Assembly: GCA_965277895.1 (NCBI GenBank)
Contig: CBDIDR010000001.1
Coordinates: 323,272-387,271 of the forward strand
Reading direction: 5' to 3'
Source: Flavobacteriales bacterium
GTDB lineage: Bacteria; Bacteroidota; Bacteroidia; Flavobacteriales; UBA7312
DNA length: 64,000 bases
Part shown: piece by piece, positions 20,032 through 30,216 of the stretch
How positions within the stretch are numbered: position 1 is the first letter of the stretch
Layout: each line of letters begins with the position of its first letter
Position numbers and translations under genes: made by a program
Notes under the pieces: generated by a model
Seen by the model: only the letters and a program-made list of their open reading frames with translations
Told to the model about the DNA's origin: nothing
Databases searched by the model: none

Positions 20032-21447
20032 ATGAATACTTACCGCTCTTTAGACGCTATTCAGCAGGATATACATTCGGGAAAAACAACTTGTCTTTCC
20101 CTCACACAATCTTATCTAGACCGCATTTCTGAACACAAAAACCTCAACGCTTTTCTTGAAGTTTATGAAGAAGAAGCCTTAGAAAATGCTCAACGCATAG
20201 ACCAAAAGGTTAAGGACGGTAAGGCGGGTAAACTAGCCGGTATGGTAATCGGTATAAAAGATAATATTTGCTACAAAGACCATAAAGTTTCAGCCTCTTC
20301 AAAGATACTTGACAATTTTGAAAGCTTATTCAGTGCAACTGTTGTTGAGCGATTAATAGACGAAGACGCTATTATAATCGGGAGGCTAAATTGCGATGAG
20401 TTCGCAATGGGAAGTACGAATGAGAATTCAGCTTATGGGTCTGTTTTAAATCCCTTAAACACTGAACATGTGCCTGGAGGATCATCGGGCGGTTCTGCTG
20501 CTGCAGTTGCTGCAGACCTTTGTTTGGCTACACTAGGAAGTGATACTGGTGGCTCAATCAGACAACCAGCTAGTTTCTGTGGTGTTGTTGGCTTTAAACC
20601 CACCTATGGACGAGTTAGCCGATGGGGGCTTATAGCTTATGCTTCTTCTTTTGACCAAATAGGACCTCTTACTCACAATGTAAAGGACGCCGCACTAATT
20701 ATGGCGGTAATTTCTGGTGAAGATGAATATGATAGTACCTGCTCTAGTAAGGAGGTGCCTAATTTTGACTTAGAACCAATCAAAAAAACAAAAGTTGGGT
20801 ATTTAAAAAGCACTATTGAAAGTTCTGCACTTGACCCTGAAATCAAGCAACACATTTTAAATACGATTAATACTCTGAAAGAAGAAGGGCATGAGGTTGT
20901 AGAAATTGACTTTCCTTACCTTGATTATGTTGTACCTACCTATTATGTTTTAACTACGGCTGAAGCATCTTCAAATCTTTCTAGATATGATGGAATACAT
21001 TTCGGCTATAGAAGTAATGAGGCAAATGACATACCATCTGCTTACCAAAAATCTAGATCAGAGGGTTTCGGCAAAGAAGTACAACGACGAATTATGTTGG
21101 GAACCTTTGTTTTAAGTGCTGGTTACTACGACGCGTATTATACTAAAGCACAAAAAGTAAGGCGATTATTATCTGAAAAAACACAATCCATTTTTGATAG
21201 CTGTGATTTTATACTATCACCAACCTCACCAAATACAGCACTCAAAATAGGACAAACCTATGATGACCCAACGCAACTTTATTTAGAAGATATATTTACT
21301 GTTCATGCTAATATCGTAGGCATTCCAGCGGTCTCTCTACCAACAGGAACGCACAGTAACGGTATGCCGTTTGGCATACAGCTAATGGCTCCTGCTTTTA
21401 AAGATGCTGAGCTAATGGCCTTTGCTAATCAGATAATGAACAAATAA
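20032..21447 (+). CDS. gatA: Asp-tRNA(Asn)/Glu-tRNA(Gln) amidotransferase subunit A
   Basis: Amidase signature GGSSGGSAAAVAA...GSDTGGSIRQPASFCG. 471 aa. Confidence 0.95.
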   Translation: MNTYRSLDAIQQDIHSGKTTCLSLTQSYLDRISEHKNLNAFLEVYEEEALENAQRIDQKVKDGKAGKLAGMVIGIKDNICYKDHKVSASSKILDNFESLFSATVVERLIDEDAIIIGRLNCDEFAMGSTNENSAYGSVLNPLNTEHVPGGSSGGSAAAVAADLCLATLGSDTGGSIRQPASFCGVVGFKPTYGRVSRWGLIAYASSFDQIGPLTHNVKDAALIMAVISGEDEYDSTCSSKEVPNFDLEPIKKTKVGYLKSTIESSALDPEIKQHILNTINTLKEEGHEVVEIDFPYLDYVVPTYYVLTTAEASSNLSRYDGIHFGYRSNEANDIPSAYQKSRSEGFGKEVQRRIMLGTFVLSAGYYDAYYTKAQKVRRLLSEKTQSIFDSCDFILSPTSPNTALKIGQTYDDPTQLYLEDIFTVHANIVGIPAVSLPTGTHSNGMPFGIQLMAPAFKDAELMAFANQIMNK

Positions 21448-21509
21448 GCGTTAATAATTATACTGTTTACACCCATTAACACAGTGTATTTATTTTGAAT
21501 TTTGTAGCT

Positions 21510-22946
21510 ATGAAAAGAATAAACACCTCTTTTTTAATTGTTTTAGCACTTATATTGTCAGTTTCTATTACAATGTCAAACCCTTCAGACACCCTGAATT
21601 TTATTGTCGATAATCCCACGCACTCTAAAATGGATTCTTTGTGGATGAACGAGCAATTATCATCACAGCAAATAGAAACGGACACGAATATTTTGAACAA
21701 ATGGTCGTATGATTCGGATAGTATCCCTAGCTTTCAGGACAGTATAATTGCTGAGCGTTTGGCTCTATTAGATGAGCATACTCCATTTCGTTTGGACTAT
21801 AATAAAGCCGTTCAGCGTCAAATAAACATCTATGCCAACACTTACAGAAGGCACGTTTCAAAAATGTTGGGCAAGTCAAATTATTATTTTCCTCTATTTG
21901 AATCTGTTTTAGACCAATTTGACCTACCACTTGAGTTCAAGTACTTAGCCATAGTAGAGTCTGCTCTAAAGCCTCATGCACGTTCACGCTCTGCAGCCAC
22001 TGGCTTGTGGCAATTCATGTATGCAACGGGTAAAATTTATGACCTCAAAGTTACCTCATATATCGATGAACGGAGCGACCCTTTGCAATCTACTATAGCT
22101 GCTTGCGAGTATTTTACATTTTTATACAAGATGTTTAACGATTGGGAGTTAGTATTAGCTGCTTATAATGGTGGTCCTGGCTACGTTTCAAGAGCAATGC
22201 GAAAACATGGCGTAAATGATTATTGGTCTCTACGCCCTTATTTAAGAAAGGAAACACAGAATTATGTGCCAAAATTCATTGCTGTTAATTACATCATGAA
22301 TTATGCTTCACACCACAACATTTATCCTACGCCTTACACCTTTACTCAGGCAGGAACAGACACTATAAGTATTAGTCAATCTGTTACTTTTGATGCTCTT
22401 TCAGAATTACTGGATGTAGATGTTGAGATACTTAAAGAGCTAAACCCTATCTACAAAACAAATTTGTTGCCAGTTTCTAAAGGAACGACAGCCTCCCTAA
22501 AACTTCCCGTTAAGAAAATGGCCCTGTTTATAAATAACATGGACAGTATATACGCTTATACCGAACGCTCTCAAGAGCGCTATGTCAGTGTTGATGAACC
22601 CATAGTACATCGAGTTAAAAACGGTGAGTATTTAGGAAAAATTGCTAGCGACTACAACACCACTGTTGGTCGTATTAAGAACTGGAATAAGCTTTCATCT
22701 AACAATTTAAAAATAGGTCAAAAGCTGATTATTTACATTAACCCCGACGCGGCACCAAAGGCTTCTAACTCTACTAGGGTTAATAGCAAAGGCGAAACGC
22801 TTTATACTGTACAAGTCGGTGATACTTTGTGGGATATAGCGCGTAAATATTCTGGTGTTTCAGTAGCTCAAATTGAACGGATGAACAATATAAGTTATCG
22901 CGATATTAAGCCCGGAATTACTCTAAAGATTCCTAACACTGGATAG
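21510..22946 (+). CDS. lytic transglycosylase (SLT domain) with two C-terminal LysM domains (MltD-like)
   Basis: SLT catalytic region AIVESALKPHARSRSAATGLWQFM. LysM repeats HRVKNGEYLGKIASDY... and YTVQVGDTLWDIARKY.... Confidence 0.9.
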   Translation: MKRINTSFLIVLALILSVSITMSNPSDTLNFIVDNPTHSKMDSLWMNEQLSSQQIETDTNILNKWSYDSDSIPSFQDSIIAERLALLDEHTPFRLDYNKAVQRQINIYANTYRRHVSKMLGKSNYYFPLFESVLDQFDLPLEFKYLAIVESALKPHARSRSAATGLWQFMYATGKIYDLKVTSYIDERSDPLQSTIAACEYFTFLYKMFNDWELVLAAYNGGPGYVSRAMRKHGVNDYWSLRPYLRKETQNYVPKFIAVNYIMNYASHHNIYPTPYTFTQAGTDTISISQSVTFDALSELLDVDVEILKELNPIYKTNLLPVSKGTTASLKLPVKKMALFINNMDSIYAYTERSQERYVSVDEPIVHRVKNGEYLGKIASDYNTTVGRIKNWNKLSSNNLKIGQKLIIYINPDAAPKASNSTRVNSKGETLYTVQVGDTLWDIARKYSGVSVAQIERMNNISYRDIKPGITLKIPNTG

Positions 22947-23909
22947 ATGAACCGTCTTTTTTTATTTATTTTTCTTTTCTTTTTAGCTTGTCAAAACACA
23001 ACTGTTTTACCTTCTTATAGTGGGGCAATAAATGAGGTTGTAGTAGTTGCTGAAGACAACATTTGGGAGAGTAGTGTAGTTGACACTCTTCGCCGCACTC
23101 TTTCTGCAGGGGTTGAGGGCTTAGCCTGGAAAGAATCTACCTTTGACGTCATACAGATACCTAAAGCTGCTTTTAGTCGGTTTTTTGAAACACACAGGAA
23201 TATTATCATTATTCAAAAAGGAGATCAATCAAAAATTGCATTTGAACCCAAGCCATTTTCACAAGATCAATGGCTATGCATTATAGAATATAAGACTAAA
23301 AAGGAGCTTTCCCAATTGCTTAATCAGTATGCGCCAGTAATAACTTACAGAATACAACAAAAGGAGAAAAGCAGATTTTTATCCTCTTCTATTGGCCTAT
23401 CATTTTCTGAGGCGATTAATGACAAATTCAACATCTCTTTACGCCTGCCAAATACCTTTTCACTGGCATTAGATACTACTGATTTCATTTGGTATGAGTA
23501 TAATCCGAAAGATTTAGAATTAATAAAGGGAGTTTTTGTGTATAGCCTTCCTTTAACTGAAACGCTAAACGCAGAAAGCGTTTTAAGTGTGCGTGACAGC
23601 GTATTAAAACAGTTTGTCCCAGGGCAGTCTAAAGAGAGTTATATGTCGACAGAGCGTCTTTATCCGCCTTTTATTAGCACCTTTGAAAGTAATGGTACTA
23701 CTTCTTTTACAATAAAAGGACTTTGGAAGATGGAAAACGCCTTTATGGGCGGCCCGTTTATCTCATATGTTTTTCAAGACACGCTTAGAAACGAGTTTGT
23801 TGTTACAGAAGGGTTTTTATTCAACCCTGGAGAAGATAAACGAAATATGCTTCAAGAATTGTCGTGGTTAATTTCAGAGGCTAAAATCCTGCCGAAAGCG
23901 ACAAAATGA
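22947..23909 (+). CDS. DUF4837-like lipoprotein
   Basis: Lipobox FLACQ. The N-terminal segment SGAINEVVVVAEDNIWESSVVDTLRRTL resembles the DUF4837 family as recalled. No search was done. Confidence 0.5.
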   Translation: MNRLFLFIFLFFLACQNTTVLPSYSGAINEVVVVAEDNIWESSVVDTLRRTLSAGVEGLAWKESTFDVIQIPKAAFSRFFETHRNIIIIQKGDQSKIAFEPKPFSQDQWLCIIEYKTKKELSQLLNQYAPVITYRIQQKEKSRFLSSSIGLSFSEAINDKFNISLRLPNTFSLALDTTDFIWYEYNPKDLELIKGVFVYSLPLTETLNAESVLSVRDSVLKQFVPGQSKESYMSTERLYPPFISTFESNGTTSFTIKGLWKMENAFMGGPFISYVFQDTLRNEFVVTEGFLFNPGEDKRNMLQELSWLISEAKILPKATK

Positions 23910-25989
23910 TATTTCTCCCAGGAGCACTAATACCGCTTGAGTAGGTTTTATAATGTACATCTAATATGTTTTCAACATTTAGCTGTGCCGTTATCTTATC
24001 ATTTAAAGGAACACTATAATTTAGATTTAATGTCCACCATGAGGGTGTGCCATCAACGGTTGCCTCTTCAGGATTATCACTTCCGTTAGGGCTATAATCT
24101 TCTGCCCTTTTCCAAGCATTGTAATGGACTGCTAAACTCGTTTTACTTTTTGTTGTTGGTGAGTATAGGTCTATTTGGCTTTTGCCATAGAATGGCGGTA
24201 TATGATCTAGCAAAACCCCTTCGGTATCGTCTTTTCCGAAGGTGTACGAACAAGAATGTGTTGTTGACCACTTATCATTAATTTTTAGATAAGCTTGTAG
24301 ATTATATCCAAACAAATATGCTTCTTGAGAGTTAGTATTAGCGTAGAGTGGGAGCAGTTCACCATCGTAGACAAGGCTATCTTGACCGTTTAAAGAAAAT
24401 TGTTTTTTGACAATTGCGTCCCTTAATTGTGTGTAGTAATATGTTCCGCTTAGATAGCTATCGCCAAAACGCTTACTCAATCCAATCTCATAATTATTTG
24501 AGAATTCTGGTGATAAATCTTCATTAGGAACTATAAGTTTTCCTGATTTTGCAAATACTTTGGTAACATCATCTACATTAGGGCTTCTAAATCCTGTTGC
24601 GAATGACAGCCTACCCTCCCATCCTTTTTTCATACCAATAAATAGTCCCGCACTGGTCGTTAAAGCACTATTTTCAAGCGAAATTTCTTCAAACGGAAAA
24701 TTATAGTTTTTAATCTCTATGAATTTAGCCTCTAAAGAAGACATATTATACCTCAAGCCGCCACTAAAAAAGGAGCGCTTGCCAAAAGGGTGTTTATATT
24801 GGGAATATACAGCTAGCGAACTTAGTTCACTACCGCCGTCAGCGTATCTTGTACTTGCACCTTCAGAGGCTGTAGATTCAACAATGTTGTGTTGAAGGTC
24901 AAGACCATAGTTTAAACTTTTATAACCCCATTTCTTTATAAAGTCTGAGGTGTTTGCAAAGACAGACACTTTCTCGAAGCGTTGAATTAGGCTAGCGTTC
25001 GGTTTTTTACTGTTTCGACTTTCATGTATTTGTTGAAAGGATACGGTGTTGTTAAAGCTGTCGTATAAAAGTGTTTTTTTCTGATATTCAGAGCCTAAGC
25101 CCACTAAAAGGCGTTTTTGAGGGCCATAATACCACTCTTCATATTTTGGAAGTCCGTCTTTAATATCATTGAGTTGATCAAAGCGATTGATATTTGTGCT
25201 TGTCGAGAGTTGAAGATTCATTTTAAAACTCAAATACTGATTGGCATCAAATCGGATTTTTTGTATAAAATCAGCTTGGTCATAGGCTGTTTTTAGCTGT
25301 TCTTTTCCGTCTACAATATGCTCTTCAGCGCCCCAGTCGTCATATCCATGAAGTCGATTACCACCCATTTTAAGGTTGCCAAACCTGTTGACGCTAATAG
25401 CCTGAAAGAAGCCCCATTTTTTACTTCCCCACTTTTGATCAAAGTACAGATTAACGCCCTTATTTACACTGCTGTAACGCTGCAAAACGTTTCCTTTCCA
25501 CCCTTCACCAACACTAGCGCTTTTTGTGTGATAATGAATAACTCCTCCCAAGGCATCACTACCATACTTGACCGATGAGGGCCCAAAAATTATATCTACT
25601 CTATCCAAGGTCAGAGGACTTATACTAATGCTATTTTGCAAGTGTCCAGACCTATAAATGGCATTGTTAAGGCGAATTCCATCGACCACAAGAAGAACTC
25701 TATTTGCTTCAAAACCTCTGATTATGGGACTGCCTCCGCCAGACTGACTCATTTGTACCATTACTGCTCCTGTTTTTTGGAGCAAATCTGCTGAAGTGCT
25801 TGGGGCACTATAGGTTATTTTTTTACTGTCTATTTTCTCTATTTGTGAAGGGCTGAATACGCGCTCGTCTTCTGTTTTATCTTCAACGAAAATGATTTCT
25901 GGTAAGCTTTTGAATAACAGAGTGTCTTGGCTAAAGCTGAACGATGGTAGTAGGCTAAACCCAAGAAGTAAATAGATGTATTTTCTCAT
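23881..25989 (-). CDS. TonB-dependent outer-membrane receptor
   Basis: Signal peptide, plug domain (GGSPIIRGFEANRVLLVVDGIRLNNA), about 700 aa and a C-terminal aromatic residue (LSAGF). Confidence 0.9.
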   Translation of the reverse strand: MRKYIYLLLGFSLLPSFSFSQDTLLFKSLPEIIFVEDKTEDERVFSPSQIEKIDSKKITYSAPSTSADLLQKTGAVMVQMSQSGGGSPIIRGFEANRVLLVVDGIRLNNAIYRSGHLQNSISISPLTLDRVDIIFGPSSVKYGSDALGGVIHYHTKSASVGEGWKGNVLQRYSSVNKGVNLYFDQKWGSKKWGFFQAISVNRFGNLKMGGNRLHGYDDWGAEEHIVDGKEQLKTAYDQADFIQKIRFDANQYLSFKMNLQLSTSTNINRFDQLNDIKDGLPKYEEWYYGPQKRLLVGLGSEYQKKTLLYDSFNNTVSFQQIHESRNSKKPNASLIQRFEKVSVFANTSDFIKKWGYKSLNYGLDLQHNIVESTASEGASTRYADGGSELSSLAVYSQYKHPFGKRSFFSGGLRYNMSSLEAKFIEIKNYNFPFEEISLENSALTTSAGLFIGMKKGWEGRLSFATGFRSPNVDDVTKVFAKSGKLIVPNEDLSPEFSNNYEIGLSKRFGDSYLSGTYYYTQLRDAIVKKQFSLNGQDSLVYDGELLPLYANTNSQEAYLFGYNLQAYLKINDKWSTTHSCSYTFGKDDTEGVLLDHIPPFYGKSQIDLYSPTTKSKTSLAVHYNAWKRAEDYSPNGSDNPEEATVDGTPSWWTLNLNYSVPLNDKITAQLNVENILDVHYKTYSSGISAPGRNIILSLSAGF

Positions 25990-26669
25990 GTATTTAATAC
26001 TTTTTCTAAAACGTCTTTTGATTTTATGGTGTTAAAACCATCAATATGTAGCCTGTAATATTCTAGTAAAACACTCAATATTTCTCTTTTATTTTTCACT
26101 TTGTCATGATTAAACGCTAAGAATACATCTTTCGTATTTTCGGTAAAATGCTTGTGTTGACTGTTGTCGTTTGTAAATTGACCATTTAGTAAATCAAAGT
26201 ATTTAAGCTCATTATTGTCAATGTTGGGCGAGATCCCTAAGTATTGACTCAATGTTACCAGAAAACGTATGTGAAATTGACTATCAAAGTCCTTATTATC
26301 CAAAGCTATTAGTTCGGCCTCTAAAAAATTAAATAAGTCTTTGTTATTTACTTCTTCTTTTAGGCATTTGCTTAGGATTTCAGCAATGAATAAGGCAATT
26401 GAACTTTTATATATATCGAACGGAATACTGGAATAAACGGCTGACATTTTGACTTCTTTTATTCTGTGAAGGTCTTTTCCGTTTTTGTTGTAAACGTTGA
26501 GGTCTAGCTGGTTCAGAACTTGATAGTAGCCGCTGTTTCCTTTCTTCTTTCTGACACCGTTTATCATATAGGATTGTGTCCCAAATTCTGAGGTGTAAAT
26601 TTTACAGATTATACTGCTTTCAGCATACTTAATCTTACTCAACACTATTCCTTTTGTCTGCTGATGCAT
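25986..26669 (-). CDS. recO: DNA repair protein RecO
   Basis: 227 aa. The N-terminal OB-fold segment TKGIVLSKIKYAESSIICKIYT is typical of Bacteroidota RecO. Confidence 0.8.
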   Translation of the reverse strand: MHQQTKGIVLSKIKYAESSIICKIYTSEFGTQSYMINGVRKKKGNSGYYQVLNQLDLNVYNKNGKDLHRIKEVKMSAVYSSIPFDIYKSSIALFIAEILSKCLKEEVNNKDLFNFLEAELIALDNKDFDSQFHIRFLVTLSQYLGISPNIDNNELKYFDLLNGQFTNDNSQHKHFTENTKDVFLAFNHDKVKNKREILSVLLEYYRLHIDGFNTIKSKDVLEKVLNT

Positions 26670-28961
26670 CTACTTTATAAATAAAATCTTAGCAACATTA
26701 GTTTCTGTTCCAATTGGATTCGTTGTAAAAACAAGATAAACCCCGGTGCTTGGGCGTTCTCCAAATTGATTTTTACCATCCCATACCGCTTGCCCTCCCA
26801 GTGCTGTAAATGAAGAGATTAAATTTCCATTAATATCAGTAATTTTTACATTAGCGTTTTCCACTACATTTTTAATAGCAATAGGGCCATAATAATTTTC
26901 TCTTACTGGATTTGGATATACGAGTACATTTTGGTGTGGGTTTTCAGCTTCCGTTGCCCCTCCTCCATAGGATATAAGCCCTCTGTCTGTAGCGATAAAT
27001 ACCTCGCCTGTTTCGTGATTGATTGAAATGTCGTTTATATTATTTGAAAATATGGGGCTATTATTGGTGTTAAAGTAGTGTATTTGTTCGCTTCCGTCGG
27101 CAGAATATACAAATACTCCTGAGCTTTGTGTTCCAAACCACTTTCTGTTGGCGCCATCAATGGCTATTGCTTTTACGGTTTCATTGGCTATTATAGGCTC
27201 TATATAGCCGTCATTTTCTACTAAAACTAATTGTGCGTCATTGTTTAAATCAAATATGTTTTCTGGACTATAGAAAACAGCTACTCCTTTATCTGTTCCT
27301 ACCCATATTTCTCCATCTCTATCTTTTGCCAAAGAATAGACGTAGTTTGATGGTAAGCCTCCGCTTCCGGCTGTTGCGGTTAGTCTTTTGTCTTGATCAT
27401 CGGTCGATATTTCTGGAGTATCATTGTCGTTATACACTATGATGCCACCACCCTTTCCAATATAAAACCATTTCTGCCCATTATCGTCTATGATAAGGTC
27501 GCCGAGATGACTGTTTATGGTGCTATAGCTTTTTATCTTTAGCGACTGCCATTCTTCGTCTGTATTCATAAATGCCAAAGACTTTTCTGTCAAGGAATTA
27601 CTTATCCATAATAAGCCGTTTTTGTCAAAAGCCATACCTTTTACTCTAAGCCAGCCATAGTTTCCTGAATTGGGGTTGTTTTCTAGTGTTTCAAGCCCTC
27701 CGTTTGTAGTTATGTGGTTATATTCTTTATGAAGGGCGTAATTGCCTAATTCCGCGTCAAATTTTAGCTGAAGAACGCCTGTATTCCATGTGCCTACAAA
27801 TAGGTCTCCGTTTGATGATTCTAATAGCGTTGTGACATCTCTAGCCCCACTTAAGCCTGTATATGGTACATCTTTCCATTCGTAACCGTCTGACCAATAG
27901 AATCCCTCGTATGTATTATTGTTGTTCCAAATTATTGATGTTCCACCTGGCGACAAAAACAGCTTTTCTCCTGAACTGCTTACGGAGTAAGCCAGCTTTG
28001 TTTCAGGACCCTCTGGGGTAAATATTTGAAAACCCCCTTGTTCGTTTAATGAGACTAAGGATTTTGCTTTTTCAGCAATCCAATATTTCCCATTATCATT
28101 TATTACATCTGAAATAAAGTATAAAACAGAATTTTCCGCTATGGTGCTTAGCTGATTAGATGCATTTAAGATGCTAAGCTTACTTCTTGATCCTACATAG
28201 AGTGTTTCTTTATCGGATTCAATAAACTTTAAATTGGGGGTGTGATTTACAACTCTTATACTGTCTTCAAACACAAAAATACTATCTGACTCACTCTTTG
28301 TAAGGTAAATTTTACCATACGCCATTTCCAAATCATTAATCCCCTCTTCTGAAACAACTAAAGACCAGCTATTATAATCTGATAGGTTGCTTCCTGTGTT
28401 TGCTTGATGTATACCTAATGATGTTGCGGCATATATATCTTCACCTAAAAATATAATATCTCTTACGGCTAAGGTTGCGGCAGCATTTAGGTAAAAGGTG
28501 TTCAGAATCTCTTTTTTGATTGGATCAAGTTCTATAATACCAAAGGTGCAAGATAGGTATGCCTTTTGATTATTATAGGTGATGTTATTTATTCGCTTTT
28601 CACCAATTATGTTTTCTCTTTCTATGTCTGTTAAACTGTAAATATTATCCCCAGAAATGATGTCTATTATTGCGCTTTCATAAGCGACAACAATTAGGTT
28701 TAATTCCTCGTTTTTTTCCATACAGCTTATACCCGCATCAGAAAGCCCCGTTATTTTATTAAGACGGTTTATTGTGTTCTCTTCTATGTCTAAATAAAAC
28801 ATGCTGTTTTCCGTAGCAGTATATATTTTATCGTTCATTTTACATACAGAAATGGCGTTGTTGTATGGCAAATAATCCTTCCACTCGCCCACTCCTATGT
28901 TTTGTGCGGAAGAACAGAAAAACGCTGTACAAAAGACTATAAACGATATGAAATATTTCAT
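26670..28961 (-). CDS. porZ: double beta-propeller protein with T9SS type A C-terminal domain, PorZ-like
   Basis: 763 aa with a signal peptide and repeated propeller-blade motifs. The C-terminal ~80 aa (VLVYPNPVRENYY...GVYLVFTTN...AKILFIK) is a typical T9SS type A CTD. Size and architecture match PorZ. Confidence 0.55.
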   Translation of the reverse strand: MKYFISFIVFCTAFFCSSAQNIGVGEWKDYLPYNNAISVCKMNDKIYTATENSMFYLDIEENTINRLNKITGLSDAGISCMEKNEELNLIVVAYESAIIDIISGDNIYSLTDIERENIIGEKRINNITYNNQKAYLSCTFGIIELDPIKKEILNTFYLNAAATLAVRDIIFLGEDIYAATSLGIHQANTGSNLSDYNSWSLVVSEEGINDLEMAYGKIYLTKSESDSIFVFEDSIRVVNHTPNLKFIESDKETLYVGSRSKLSILNASNQLSTIAENSVLYFISDVINDNGKYWIAEKAKSLVSLNEQGGFQIFTPEGPETKLAYSVSSSGEKLFLSPGGTSIIWNNNNTYEGFYWSDGYEWKDVPYTGLSGARDVTTLLESSNGDLFVGTWNTGVLQLKFDAELGNYALHKEYNHITTNGGLETLENNPNSGNYGWLRVKGMAFDKNGLLWISNSLTEKSLAFMNTDEEWQSLKIKSYSTINSHLGDLIIDDNGQKWFYIGKGGGIIVYNDNDTPEISTDDQDKRLTATAGSGGLPSNYVYSLAKDRDGEIWVGTDKGVAVFYSPENIFDLNNDAQLVLVENDGYIEPIIANETVKAIAIDGANRKWFGTQSSGVFVYSADGSEQIHYFNTNNSPIFSNNINDISINHETGEVFIATDRGLISYGGGATEAENPHQNVLVYPNPVRENYYGPIAIKNVVENANVKITDINGNLISSFTALGGQAVWDGKNQFGERPSTGVYLVFTTNPIGTETNVAKILFIK

Positions 28962-29026
28962 GAATGCAAATTACTAAACTTCTAACTATTGTACTCCTAA
29001 ATTATTGTTTGATTCAAAAGTAGCTA

Positions 29027-29034
29027 TATCTTTG
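29027..29034 (+). promoter_or_regulatory. Bacteroidota -7 promoter box (TATCTTTG) for tRNA-Arg
   Basis: Exact TAnnTTTG match ending 8 nt before the tRNA 5' end. Confidence 0.45.
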
Positions 29035-29041
29035 CTTTTAA

Positions 29042-29115
29042 TGGCTCCGTAGTTCAACTGGATAGAATATCAGATTTCGGCTCTGACGGTTGGGGGTTCG
29101 AATCCCTCCGGAGTC
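29042..29115 (+). tRNA. tRNA-Arg (anticodon TCG)
   Basis: Hand-folded 74-nt cloverleaf. Acceptor GGCTCCG/CGGAGTC, D stem GTTC/GAAT, anticodon stem TCAGA/TCTGA with loop TTTCGGC, T arm GGGGG-TTCGAAT-CCCTC. Confidence 0.85.
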
Positions 29116-29250
29116 ACTTTTTAGCCCACAAAACCACAACTAATTGATAATCAGAGTTTTACGATTATTTTTATTTGATCTGTTTTAAGCGTGTTTTACT
29201 GTTTTTTAGTGTTTGAGGTTCACAGAGCCTTACTTTGTTCTTAAATCGGC

Positions 29251-30138
29251 TTAAACAGGCTCTTTTGGCGTCAATATGTACACTAGACTTGAATATTCAC
29301 CATTTATTGTTAGTGCTTTGAGGTTAGACCACAGTCCTGTTGATATCGCATTTATGTATTTATTTTTTCCGGTTTTAATTTTTTCACTCAACATTGATAT
29401 GTAAAACGAGTCAAACCACATTGGTCTAATTTTCTCAATTTCAAAACCGTATTTATTTGCAATGGATTTTATGCTGCTTTTTTGAAAGTGATATAAGTGC
29501 CTTGGCGCGTCGTATGCTGCCCAGTGCGACTTATACCTTTTTATTTCATTTGCGTTTGAGTTAGGTACAGCAATTATTAGTTTTCCGTCTTTTTTTAACA
29601 CTTTATTTATCGTTGAAAATAAACCATCTAGGTCTGCGAAATGTTCTAATACATACCACATCATTACTCTGTCAAAAGCATTTACTTTATGCTCAACTTC
29701 ATTTATGCTTTCTTTTAACTCTATATTGTTTGATGCTCTTGCATTTTCTCTTGCTTTAGCGTTCGGCTCTACTCCAACGGTATCCCAGCCCCTCTCTTTA
29801 CATTTGTTTAGTAGAAATCCGGCGCCAGAACCAATTTCTAATACGCATTTTTTTTCTTTGCCTAGTATGGTTACTTTTTTATTGGTGTTTAGTCGTTTAA
29901 TTATGTGATACCACATATTGACTAACCCTTTATTTGTTTCGCTATGTGATATGTAATCTTCAAATTCATAATACTTTCCTAGCCCTTTTTCTAATGGTCT
30001 AGGATTAGTTGCTATTAATCCGCAGGTGGTGCATTTTGTAAGGGTGAATGTTTCTTGACTCATCATGTGGTCATCACACTTTGTGTAAGTGGTCATATCT
30101 GTTTTTTGACAGACAGGACATGCTGTAAGTTTTTTCAT
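29251..30138 (-). CDS. class I SAM-dependent methyltransferase with N-terminal zinc-ribbon
   Basis: CPVC...CTTCG cysteine pairs, then the SAM motif I VLEIGSGAGF. Confidence 0.85.
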   Translation of the reverse strand: MKKLTACPVCQKTDMTTYTKCDDHMMSQETFTLTKCTTCGLIATNPRPLEKGLGKYYEFEDYISHSETNKGLVNMWYHIIKRLNTNKKVTILGKEKKCVLEIGSGAGFLLNKCKERGWDTVGVEPNAKARENARASNNIELKESINEVEHKVNAFDRVMMWYVLEHFADLDGLFSTINKVLKKDGKLIIAVPNSNANEIKRYKSHWAAYDAPRHLYHFQKSSIKSIANKYGFEIEKIRPMWFDSFYISMLSEKIKTGKNKYINAISTGLWSNLKALTINGEYSSLVYILTPKEPV

Positions 30139-30153
30139 GTTAAATATGTTTCA

Positions 30154-30175
30154 CGTGGAACATTGTTGTTCCACG
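30154..30175. terminator. 9-bp hairpin between mnmG and the methyltransferase gene (possible terminator)
   Basis: cgtggaaca (30154-30162) pairs with tgttccacg (30167-30175), loop ttgt. Flanking A/T tracts are only modest. Confidence 0.35.
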
Positions 30176-30216
30176 CAGGTTTTTAATTAGGCTTAAGGTG
30201 TTGCTTTAAGGTGGTT

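Noticed and set aside
23881-23909. 29-nt convergent overlap of the DUF4837-like gene and the TonB receptor gene as a frameshift or annotation error
   Set aside because: Both ORFs end naturally: the receptor ends in the typical terminal Phe and the other has a plausible C-terminus. Short convergent overlaps occur in compact genomes.
29116-29250. Spacer after tRNA-Arg as a possible attachment site or small gene
   Set aside because: It is short and AT-rich. It has no ORF, no inverted or direct repeat that I could find, and no neighbouring mobile genes.
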